Source: Andalucia godoyi And28 (lineage: Eukaryota; Protista; Jakobida). Taken from it: a stretch of DNA of 64,000 bases. Position 1 is the stretch's first letter, and the number at the start of each line of letters is the position of its first letter. A program made the translations under genes and the position numbers. The stretch is taken from NCBI GenBank assembly GCA_009859145.1, contig VRVR01000038.1, forward strand, positions 186,001-250,000. Reading direction: 5' to 3'. This document shows positions 19,520 through 31,154 of the stretch, piece after piece. Under the pieces are notes generated by a model. That model worked only from the letters and a program-made list of their open reading frames with translations. It did not search any database and had not been told where the DNA came from.

Positions 19520-19914
19520 CTTCAGTGTATATAATGTAGGCGTCCTTTGCACGTTTTGAGAATGATTACAGCCAGTTGTGTAGCACTTCCCAACCATCCC
19601 ACCATCATCCCCGCTAACCCTACCCGACTTTTTTATCCGCGCCCGAATTTGCACGGACTGAGGTCGTTTCTGTCCATGATTTCTCATCAACAAAACGTTC
19701 TCTGATTTTCCCTTTTGTCTTTATTATTTTTCGCTCTATTGGTTTCTTTCTTTGTTTTTCTTTCTTTCGCATTCTCCATTTTCATTCAGGCTTTTCCTTT
19801 TTATTTTCCAATTTTGATTTGTGTACTTTTCTACGCTCGTACCTTATTCTTTTATCTCGCTCTTCGTTAGAGAAGCAACAGACAACAACAAGGAACATCA
19901 CAGGGAAAAAAAAA

Positions 19915-22325
19915 ATGTCTTCTGCTGAGCAAAACCCTATTTTGTGGACGCCGTCTGATCCACTCGCGACTCAGCTTGCTGCGTTTTACAAGAGGGCGGC
20001 GGCCTCGGTTGCCACTTCACTTCCTGCTGTTTGCGAGCCGTATGTTGCTGAAAAGGGCGACAAGTACGTGGCACCGATCGACTACAACGCGCTTTGGAAA
20101 TGGTCCATTGAGCAGCCTGCGGAGTTTTGGTCGTTGATGTGGGACTTCTGCGGACTCGTTCCTAATCTCCCATCTCAGTGCAAAGTGTTTGTATTTTTCA
20201 GCTTTCTGTTTTCCACCCACGCTTCTTCTGTTATTGCTTCTATGCTCTGTGTCATGATGATGATTTTTTTCTAATTGATTTTTTTTTTAAATTGGTGTTT
20301 TTTGTTTTGTTTTTGTTTTTGTGGCTTGTCGTTGTTGGTGATGATGATGTTTGTTGAGTGGTGTATGATTTATGGGAAATGTAATGTAGGGTTGAGAATG
20401 GAGTCAAGAATTCAGCGTTTGAAAAGACAGCCGTGCTGTCGTCGGACGACATGCGCTCGATTCCGAGTTGGTTTCCTTCTTGCAAGGTGAATTATGCGGA
20501 GAATGCACTGCGGTTTGCAAAGTCGCAGCCGGATCATCCAGCCATGATTTCGTACTTTGAATCTTCTACGTTTGACAGCGCATACGATTCGGTGACGTAT
20601 GCGCAGCTGGAGATGCAGGTTGCGCGACTTGCGAATGCACTGCGCAAGACTGCCCATATCAAGCCCGGTGATGCAATTGGTGCGTATGCCCCGAATGCAA
20701 TCCCCACGGCAGCGATGGCGCTTGCGAGCGCGGCTGTTGGCTCCGTGTACTCAACTACCGCTCCGGACTTTGCACCGCGGGCTGTGCTTGATCGGCTCGG
20801 ACAAGTAAAGCCACGCGTTCTGCTTGCATCCGACATGCAAGTTTATCGTGGAAAGGCACATGATCTCGAATCCCGAATTGCAGATATTGTCGAGGGGATT
20901 GAGACTGTGGAGATGGTGATTGTGTTTCCGTTTGGACATCATGGTTCAGCTGTCGAGGCTACCGGCCACGAGAGAATTGCGCTGCTCAAGGAGCGGTTGC
21001 ACGCTTCACGACCACAGATCAAGGTTCTTACCTATGACGAGTTTCTGCATTCCCAGCCCTTTGATTCGAATTCCAGTGTCGACGTGGTTCAGTACGAACA
21101 GGTTTCGTTTGCCCATCCGCTGTACATCTTGTACACTTCTGGTACAACAGGGGCGCCAAAGTGCCTGGTGCACTCTCATGGTGGCACTCTGCTGAAGCAC
21201 GCGTGCGAGCATATTTTGCACGTGGACATGAAGCCACAGGACATCATGCAGTACTACACCACCACGGCTTGGATGATGTGGCACTGGCAACTTTCTGGTT
21301 TGTTAGCCGGATCGACGCTTGTGCTGTATGATGGATCGCCGTTCCATCCGGGCCATGCGCACCAGGGTGCGTGCACATTGTTTGATCTTGCGGATATTGC
21401 AAAAGTTACTGTGTTTGGAACCTCTGCGAAGTACATCGCCACGGTTCTGGATCATGGATACCAGCCGGCGAAGCATCATTCATTGTCGACTGTTCGTTCT
21501 GTTCTATCGACGGGCTCGCCACTTATTCCAGATGCATTCGACTTTGTTTACCGAGACTGGTCGCCGAACGTTCATCTGGCTTCGATTTCGGGTGGTACGG
21601 ATATCCTCGGATGTTTCATGGGCGGCTGTGCAGTCTGGCCTGTCCGCCGAGGTGAGATCCAGGCAAGACTGCTTGGAATGGCAATCGAAGCCCGTGATAC
21701 AATCTCTGGAGCACCTGTGATGGACGCACAGGGTGAGCTCGTTTGTGCTAAGCCTTTTCCATCCATGCCGGTTTCCGTTGGCCTCGACTTTTCGGACAAG
21801 ACCAAGTATCATTCTGCGTACTTCCACACGTTTGCTGGCGACGTCTGGTGCCACGGAGATTGGGTGTCGATTTCTGCAAAGTCTTTCGGCCTTGTCATGT
21901 ACGGGCGCTCTGATGCCACTTTGAATCCTGGCGGTGTTCGTTTTGGATCTGCAGAACTGTACAATGTCGTTGAACGCATGCCAGAAATCGCAGATTCAGT
22001 CGTCATTGCACAGAGACTGCCTCGCGGAGATGACGAGCGTGTCGTCATGTTTGTGAAGATGGCTCCCGGATTTGAGTTCACGAGCGAAGTCAAGGACCGC
22101 ATCCGAGGTGCGATCCGCACCTCATTGTCCCCTCGTCACGTTCCCGCGGTGATCGTCCAAGTTACGGATATCCCGTACACCGTGAACGGAAAGAAGGTGG
22201 AGGTTGCGGTAAAGCGCGTGGTTCAGGGAGAGGCCTTCACCGTGTCGTCTGCTCAGCAAGGAGCTCTGGCAAATCCGCAGGCTCTTGAACTTTTCAGAAA
22301 CATTCCAGAGGTTATGCACTTCTAA
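19915..22325 (+). CDS. AACS: Acetoacetyl-CoA synthetase; two exons, intron approximately 20178-20389 (donor ambiguous)
   Basis: Exon 1 has YNALWKWSIEQPAEFWSLMWDFCG. Exon 2 has WFP...VNYAEN, YILYTSGTTGAPKC, SISGGTDI, GRSDATLNPGGVRFGSAELY and NGKKVE. Confidence 0.92.
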
Positions 22326-22341
22326 AGAATATGTGTGCTTT

Positions 22342-22407
22342 GTGTGCGTGTGCGTGTGCGTGTGCGTGTGCGTGTGCGTGTGCGTGTGCGTGTGCGTGTG
22401 CGTGTGC
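22342..22407. repeat. (GTGTGC)~11 microsatellite between convergent genes
   Basis: Read directly. Confidence 0.9.
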
Positions 22408-22625
22408 ATCTGTGCGTGCTTTTTTTTCTGTTGCTTTTGATTTGCGGCCGTGGCTGCGGCTGTGACTCCCTCTTCTTGTTGCGTGCATCTCACTGTTCTT
22501 GTACCGTGATCACCCATCTTTTTATAGTATTAATGTTCTAATAAAAGAAACGAAAAGAAAAATGAGGCCGAGACGATGATGCGTAAAGAGACCGCCCCGG
22601 CGGCTGATCTCCCTGGCACTGGCAC

Positions 22626-23973
22626 TCACTGTCTGAACTGACGAACAAACCACAGAACCTTGGACAGTGCATAGTTCGGGATCAACTCGTTGGGCCGCAT
22701 CATCTGTCCCGCAGCAGGATCCGTGCCTCGCTCGCTGAGATGCTTGGTGATCGCGGATCGTTCGTATGAGATCCCTGTCAGGGGCGAAATCACAGGATCA
22801 TTCATTGCGGACCCGGTAAGTGGGCAGCAGGCTCCCTCCGACGCCAGAATCTCATTTGCAGCAGCTCTTCGCGCAACTATCCCGGCATCCTTCGCTCCGT
22901 CTTTGAAGCCCCTGTTGTAATGCTTCTTCTGGTCCTCCTGTACGAAGTGAGCGTGGACGTGTGCCCGGACCACGTTCTGGATACTGCGGGATGCCTCTGC
23001 GACATTGGGGACGTTTCCACCCTCGACATCGAGCACGAAAAGCGGGATTTTCGCACTCTCTGCAGCGCGCAATACCTTGCGAAGAACATCTCCAATCGTC
23101 TCTCCCGGCTGCTCCGCTGCCTTTCCATCCAGGTACTTCCTATGCAGCGACACTCCATCATCCGACGGATCGTTCACAACAATAATCATCTGTGGCTGCT
23201 GTTCCCAAGCACTCGTGGTTCTCGCGTATCGAGAGCCTGTTAGCCACCGTGTGATTCTCCAGCGCTCCTCGGGGGGCTCCGACCACCGAGTTGCCCCTTC
23301 AATAATGATACTTGTTTCTTCCAGCGTGTCTGCCGTCCACGTCGTTACAGGAACGGTAACGACAATGTTGTACGGCGACGACAACCGCTTCGACTGAATC
23401 GTCCGCACAGCCCTGCCTTCTGAATCGCCAGACTCATTCGAACCTATCTCTGCTGACCCGGAAAGGGAGAACGAGGAATATGCAGTGGCGGTGGTGGGAT
23501 GGGATGAGGATCGTGCAGACACACCCCATAGCGTCGAAAGAACCTCGCCCACAGCTGCCGCATTGTTTGGACTGCCATTCACGACCAGTACATTCAGCTA
23601 TTTACACACGATAATAGTGTTTTCCCCACCTCCCCATAAGAATTCATCAATAATGTATACAATCGTATGAATCACTCAACAGAACAAGGAAGAAAAAGAC
23701 AGAGCATACTCTTTGAAGGCTGTGCAACTCTGATAAATGTGCCGTGTAGTATTTGGACTTGAGATTGGCCAGGATGTCAGGAAGCCGAGCAGCCTCGTCT
23801 GCAGCGCGGTGGCTCGTCCGTGCAAACAAGGTTGATGTGGGTAAGGTCGCAGCAGTCGTTGTTGTCATTGTCGATGATGAAGATGCGTCCTGCGCTTCAG
23901 AGTAACTCGACACTATTCCAGCAGTCCCTAGCACTGCGGCCGATCGAAGTGCCAGTCTTGAAGAGAACATCAT
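22626..23973 (-). CDS. U-box protein with presequence-like N-terminus; two exons (intron 23598-23709)
   Basis: A phase-0 GTATGC...AAATAG intron joins ...LQR to LNVLVVNG.... C-terminal U-box CPLTGSAMNDPV...YERSAITKHL...DP...LIPNYAL. Confidence 0.8.
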
Positions 23974-24448
23974 CTGTCTGTCTGTCTGTCTGTCTGTCTG
24001 CCTGTCTGTCTGACTGTCTATTGCGTATCTCAGCACAAGCTTGACAAAACTCTCCAATCCGTGCAACACGATTTCATGAGCAGACAGCACAGATGTACCA
24101 GCCCTCGACGACTGTAGTTTGGTGCAGCATTGAGGACTTTTGGGGAAACGGGACGAAAAAAAAAATCCCCGACTTGAGACTACGAGGGCAAATTCAGTGA
24201 AGCTTCAACGTCTGGGGTGCGTGGTATTGGATCGTTAAGCGAGTCCCACTCATGGGTTTCCCCCATCAAATCTCTTCTGTTTCCACTCAGTTCAATTGCA
24301 AAGGTCTCGTTGTTTCCCTCTTTGCTTTGTCTCTCTAATTTTCTTAACTCGGACGAATTAACCCGGAAAAAACAAAGGCCCTTATAATTAATTTTTGGTT
24401 TGCAATAATTAAAAAAAGAAGAAAAAAAGGAGAGATCATAAAGGAAGG

Positions 24449-27400
24449 ATGGCGTCGGTTGTTTATTCGCAGTGGACAAACGAGCTTCAGGATACTTCCA
24501 TTCACTGGACGAATCGTATTCAGGTATGTTGTTGCATGTTGCTAGACTGAGCTGTTCCAGGATCATATTGAATGCTTGTTTTTGTTACTCATCTTCTTTT
24601 TTTTTTGTTTATTATTTTTACATGATTCATAATATGTGTAGGCTTTGAAAGGACTTCACAAACATCTTTCATCGAGCGGGATCCAGTCTTCCGATCCGGT
24701 TTTTGATGTTCTGCTTCCTTTGGTCACTCAGTTGGTTGATGCCAGGGCTTCGATTGTTCGCGATGCATGCCAGTGCATATCTCTTATAGCGTCAAACTTG
24801 AAAACGTCGTTTCTTCCGTTTGTGTCGGTGGTGTTTCCACAGTTGTGCGACCTCCACGCATCGCTCAATCCGGGTATTTCAGAAGCATCGATGCAGTGTG
24901 CAGATGCGATTGTGTGCGCGATTGATGGATGTGAAGTTCCGCAGGATGTATCTGAATTGTTCGTTACTTTCGCCGAAGATCCACGAACGATGAAGGATGC
25001 AGATCGAAAAGAGCGCGCAAAGAAGTATCTTGGACGTGCGTCGTTTGGAGGACCGGTGAGCAAAGAGAAGCTGTCTGATGTGTTCTCCAAACTTGGAATG
25101 GATCTCCCACCTAGTTTGCAGACATCAAAAGCCGAGACGCCAGCCAGATTACCGGGCTCGCCGTTCACAAACAGAAGAAGAAGCGGTGTGCGGGTTTCGT
25201 TTGGATCAGGTGGTGGAACGCCTGCCAATGCCACGAATGGAGTTCCGGGTGTCATAGATGGAAATGATGATGATGACGACGACGACGATCCATCTTTGTT
25301 CAACTCACCGGAGTCTCCATCTGCCATTCACTCGGTTTCAAGAATTTCGTCACGAGTAGACCAGCACGATTCACCGTTTTCAGAGTCTCCGCAGACTTCT
25401 ACGGGGGACTGTGACCGAACGCCGTCTCCACAACCGCTTCGTTTGAACCGGTCCGACATGGGAATGCTCGACGACGAAGTCGAGGACGATGACGAGGAAG
25501 TGGTGATGGGTGGTCGTGGAAACGCATCTGCGTCTCTTCGTTGTGATATTGATACGGAGGCTGAGACTCCTGTCAAGCCGCTGCATGTTGTTTCCGAGCA
25601 TCGGCCAGACAGCAGCGAAGAACACGTTCTCGGGATCCATGGAAATCTAAACATGGGAGAAGAGGACCCAGTTGCAGAGGATATGCGAAGCATCAACACC
25701 GACAACAACAACATGATGGACGAAACTGCCGACGAATTCGAGGATGCTCGAGAAACATCCGCTGTTGTGAACATGGTGGAGAGAGAGATTGAGGAAGCGC
25801 GTGCGGCTTTTGATGCGGTACCGGACCCAAGTCCGTCGTATGTAGAATCGACTCCCACGGCTGAAGAAGATTCCGAGGAGCAAGAGGAAATGGCTGGTGC
25901 CCATCTGCTACATGAGTCTGTTGTGGACATTGAAGCAGAGCAGGTTGTAGCGTCATTTGCAGAATCGGAAGCCGTCAATGTATCTGTGATCACTGAGGTT
26001 GCGGAGACTGCCGCGCTCGTGGCGCCCTCTCTTACCGAGTCTCTCGCAGCCGTGTCACAATCGCCAGTAGTCGCTGTTGTTGCTGTTGCAGCGGAACAGG
26101 ATACCAACGCAGCAGATGCGGGTGCTGATGTGGTTCCGATGCCGGTGGTTGACGCTGCAGCTACGACAGCAGGTGCAGTAGCCGTGGACGTCGTTGTTGG
26201 TGAGCACACGGAATCTGAAGTATCGACAGCGGCAGAACCTGCGGAAGAGCCAAGGTCAGAAAATGAATCCGAGGTGGTCTCGGAGCAGGCACCGACCTCT
26301 ACCAATCCCGTCGCTGAGGAGTCCACAGCGACAGTGTCTGATGCGGAAGTGCCGTCTCTGCCCGCCCAAGATGAATCGCATGCCCAGACGTTTTCCGCGA
26401 TGCAAATATCGGAAGTTACGGCTTCGGGGCAAAGCGAGACTGCCCCAGAGAGGCAGGAGGAGGCAGCAGTTGAATTGACGTCGGCTGTTCTGACCATTGT
26501 TCCGGATTACGTTGTCGAGTCGCCAGCGATGCAGGAGACTTCAACCTTGTTTGTGCCGATAGAAATTGCTGCAGACATGCCGCTTTCCGAGGCGTCTGCT
26601 TTGCCATCCAGTGTTGTAGAAGAGGATTCGCCGGCAACGAGGGAAGTTTCCATAGTCGAGGAGGTTGTCTCAGCTCCGTTGGAAACCGGCGTACTGTGTG
26701 CAGAGCCTCTTTCTTCGAATGCGTCTTCCGAGCAACTTTCTGACATGTCCTCTGCATCGTCCTCACAAGAGAAGCCGAAGGGCTATGTACCCACCATTGA
26801 TGAGCTCAAGCGGCAGCTGAAGAAGAGCACGGCTGGAGAAAGTGCGATGCCAAGCTCGGCGGTTGCGCAGTCACATGCCGCCGTGGATGTGGAGGCGATT
26901 CGGGCGGAAGTGTGGAGCAGGGTTTCTGCAGAAGCGTCGTTCTTGACCGCTGAAGTGGATCGTCTGCAAAACGCTTTGCGTAAGGAAAAGGAGGAGAAGC
27001 GAAAGCTCTCGTCCATTATTGTCAACTACGAGAAGACGCTGGAAAAGGTGCTGGACGACGCCGATCGTTCTGCATCGCTGCAGCAGGCCAACAAGAAGCT
27101 CACCTCGGACATGCAGCACCTTGAATCAGCATTCAAGGAAATCAAGGTTCGGTACGAGAAGCTGAAGGAACTTCACGAGAATTCCCTTTCGAACGAGTCT
27201 GTACTAAAGGCGGCGAACGACAAGAAGGCCTCTGAACTGAAGGAGTCCGAGCTCCGATACAACAAGCTGAAGACTGTTGCCGAGGAGAAGCTGGCTGCTG
27301 GAAAGAGGACTCTGGAGGCTCTCAAGAAGGAACTCGATTCCACCACAAAGTCCAATGAAGAGCTCAAGTCTCAACTCTCTTCGCAGCAAGTCTCTGTTGA

Positions 27401-27581
27401 CGAAATGCAGCGGCTGCGCGAAGAAAACCAGGGTCTCAAAGCCCGGATCTACGACGCGACTCTGCAGATTGAAAAGATGGACGGACTCCAGGAACAGCTC
27501 AAGAGCAAAGATCGCGAGAACGAAGAGCTTCGTATGCTCTGTGCAGAAGCCCTCGAAAAGCTTGAGCGTGCCGGCCTCTAA
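24449..27581 (+). CDS. CLASP_N/TOG-like HEAT domain + acidic disordered linker + C-terminal TACC coiled coil; two exons (intron 24524-24641)
   Basis: A phase-0 GTATGT...GTGTAG intron gives WTNRIQALKGL. LVDARASIVRDAC is CLASP-like. The C-terminus (RYEKLK..NESVLK..RYNKLKTVAEEKL..KDRENEELRMLC) is TACC-like. Confidence 0.8.
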
Positions 27582-28658
27582 TCCAAAAAGCACTTGCGAG
27601 CCCTCCCCACCCACAACCTAAAAAGCTAGATCTCTCCCCTTCTGCTTGTTCTCCTGTTGTTGTTGTTATTTAGCATGGATTCCATTTTCTTGTATTCTAT
27701 ATGCCCGTATACTCTCCTTTTTTCTTTATTTCCATGTTCTTTACTCTGATCACTGCGTCCATGGCTCCGCCGTGAGGCTCTGCAGACTGCAATCCCCGCT
27801 CTTTTTAGATAGTTTGATGGTTACGGTGACAAATCCAAACGGTTGCAACATTAAAATCCGACGCCTCCTTCAATGACATCCGCGAGTCCATGTCTTGGAT
27901 TCGCCGGATACCACACCTTCCAAAAATGATCAGATGTCTATTTACCAAACAACACCCGACGCTCGTCTCATCGCAGGGGAGTGCGGATCACTGCGCGGTC
28001 GGTGGATACGCACACGACGCGTCGTTTCTCAGTGCGTTCCAGAACCTCCGGCAGGTTCGCATCGACCGTCAAGCTGATCCTGGACAAGACAGCGATGGAC
28101 GGCACCACCGCACAGCCCGGACTACCCCCCCGCCCAGCAGCTCGTGCAGGCGATCTTGAAGATGGGAGGAATGCTGATGTAGGATGTTCACGGGGACGTC
28201 ACACCCGGAACCTCTGGCAGCCAGTCCTCGCTGCTCCAAGTCATGTCCCAGCTGTGCTAGATCCATCGTCTTTGTCGCGCACTCTGCGAAAGCGGGGCTC
28301 CTGATTGATCATCTGTCGTACTTTGTCGCGAGTCGCTTGAGTCCCCGTTCCCAACTGGCTGTTTGAACATTGAAAATCCCCTCATATTTGTTGTTGCGTT
28401 TGTGATTGTTTCGTGACTTTTTTCATCTGTCGATTTTTTAACGTTTTTCTTCCAATTTCTTCTCTTCTTGTATTCTCTTATATTGCATTAATCTCCATTT
28501 GAATGGTCCGCGAAACCTCAAAAATCTGTTTTTAGCCCTGGGAACATTAACTTTTTCGTCGCGCATAATACAAAGAACTCTCGGCATATATGTATACAGA
28601 CCGTTGCTTCACGATATTCGAGAATTAACAGTCTGCTTTGAAGGGACCAAAAGAAGAA

Positions 28659-30834
28659 ATGTCGTCTGCAAACGAGCCGCTCTTTGAAAAACGGTATGCT
28701 TTTCTTTCGTACATTTATGTGTAGGTGTGCATATGAGATATGAAGGTCAGTGCTAACACGATGGGGTGGCCGTTTTGTCTTTATATATATATATTATTAT
28801 ATATTTAAATTTTGTTTTTTTGGATTGGAATTTGTGATTGATTTATATTGAATTAGGGGAAATCATGAGAGTCATTCTCTACCGCCGATTGCGTCTCCGA
28901 GGAAATCACACAAGTACGCTGTGCATCCTGCGTCTCCTTCTCCGGCGACTCCTTCGCCGTCGCCAGCTGAGAAGGAGCCCATGCTTCCAAAGACGCCATT
29001 TCCAGCTGCGGCCAATCCTGCAAATCGAGCTGGGATTCGACTTGCAAAAATTGCGCCGAATTCATCCGTGGGCTCCAGCAGCAGCAGCAGCAGCAGTAGT
29101 AGTAATTTGAACGATGACGCCGATCAGAGAAAGCCCAAGGAGGAGTCTGCGCCGCTGAATGATGCTGAGAGTGGACAAGGAAAGAAGCGGCTGAAGTCGC
29201 GGATTATGGGTGTGTTTTCGCTGAGTCGCAGAAAGAAGGACTCTACAGAGGGCTTGGTGGCTGTGGACTCTGGAGAGGAGTTCAAGCGCGACGAAAACAA
29301 GGTGAGCGACCAGCTGCGTGAGAGAAAGGTTGTCAATTTCAAGAAGATTGTAGAGAAGCAAAGGACTGCGATGACGGTGGCGAAGAAGAAGACGAGTGTG
29401 TGGACGACAGTGGCGGCTATAGTCAAGGTGATGCAGAACGTGAGACCGGAGTCCAAGTACAGATCGTACTGGGAGATCTTTGTGTTCTTTCTCTGTGTGT
29501 ACTTCTGGGTTGAGTGTCCTTTGCGAGCTTGCTTCAATCTGTATCCAAGCATCGCCGTGTTCACCGTGAATGGGTTTTTTGATCTGCTGCTCTGCCTGGA
29601 TATTGCGCTGAACTTTACGTTTCCCTTTGAGCAAGGCGGAAACTTGGTAACCGACAAGAAGAAGATTCGAAAGCACTATCTCCACACATACCTAATTCCA
29701 GATATCCTTGCGTCGATTCCGTTTGACCTTCTGTCCGTGATCCCGGGGGTCACGTACCACCCAGTCATGCGAATTAACCGTCTCTTTCGATTGTACAGGC
29801 TGGATTATTACTTCAATGTAATTCAACGGCGAACAGCTATGAACCCTTCCGAGGTTCGCATCCTGAAGTTTTCATTCATCATTCTGCTCACCGGTCATTT
29901 CATTGCTTGCCTGTTTTTCCTTGTTGTGTATCTCGAAGCCGACAGCGCATCCAACGAGTTTACGAATGATGACGGGATCTTGGATCGTCCTGTGTGGGCA
30001 CAGTACGTGAGATCTGCGTACTGGGCGTTTGCGTCGCTCACTTCGTATGGAAACACAGAGCCTCGAACGTTCGCCGAGTACGGTTTCTATCTTTTTGTGT
30101 CGATCGTGGGGATAGTACTGTACGTCACCATCATCGGTACTGTCGCATCGCTGGTGAGCAACTTGGATTCCTCTGGGCAGTTCTGGCGAGAAAGAATCGA
30201 CTCCATCAATGACTTTATGCGCTTCCGAAGGCTTCCGGAAGATATGCAAAAGCGAATTCAGGAGTACTTTTCGTATCTGTGGCAGTCACGAAGAGGACTG
30301 GATGAATCGCAGGTGCTTGATGATCTTCCGGGATATCTTCGAATGGAAATCGCTCTGTTTCTCAACAAGGACATTATCGAAAAGGTTCCCTTGTTCAAAG
30401 GGCAGAATGCGCATTTCATCTCGGCGGTTGTGACAAAGATGAAGCCCCGTGTCGTTCTTCCCGGGTACTATGTTATTCGAAAAGGAGAGATCGGACGAGA
30501 AATGTTCTTTATTGCGCGCGGAGAAGTAGAAGTCGTATCGGAAGATGGGCAGCAGGTCTTTGCGCGCTTGTCAGAAGGTTCATTCTTTGGAGAAGTGGCG
30601 CTTTTGTTCTCCGGAAAGCGTATGGCGTCTGTTCGTGCGTCCATGTACTGCGATTTGTTCGTTCTCAGCAAGGATGACTTTTCATCGGTCTTGTCGGAAT
30701 TCCCGGACGAATCCAAACAGATCCAAGAAGAAGCTCAAAGACGGTACAATTTGAACAACGTTGCTGCCGCCCCCCCTCCAGCAGCAGTGGCGGCCGTATC
30801 TTCTGCCTCTTCTGAGGCCCCAAAGAAATCTTGA
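28659..30834 (+). CDS. Cyclic-nucleotide-binding-domain (CNG/HCN-like) cation channel 1; two exons (intron 28694-28856)
   Basis: A phase-2 GTATGC...AATTAG intron extends the ORF. S1-S6 with S4 RINRLFRLYRL, C-linker and CNBD GSFFGEVALL..RMASVRA. Confidence 0.9.
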
Positions 30835-31154
30835 CCGAGCGGTGTCCATTGTCATCGTTACTTCTTCTTCTTTGTATCTTTGTATCTTTGTATCTTTGTT
30901 TCTTTGTGTATTATTATTAATATTGGCGTGTTTTCCCTCCTTCTCTTCCACTGTTTCAGCCATTTCTCATCACATTTTACTTATGAATAATATGTAAGTA
31001 TTTTTAAAGAACGATGTTTTTCCCCCATGTCATTCCATGCTCCATACTTCATGCCTCACGAACAAAACAAGTGGTTCCTCTTTAAAAAAGAATAAACGAT
31101 GAGAAACTGTTTTTGGTCGTGCGTTGTCGTTTGTGCGGTGTGGGGTTGGTTTGC

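Noticed and set aside
19614-19622. CTAACCCTA as a TTAGGG telomerase template
   Set aside because: A 9-mer of this class is expected by chance in 64 kb; it is followed directly by a T-run and no convincing pseudoknot.
24180-24400. Protein-like minus-strand stretch (SSELRKLERQ...LNLPS)
   Set aside because: No credible start or splice sites; it lies in a divergent promoter region.
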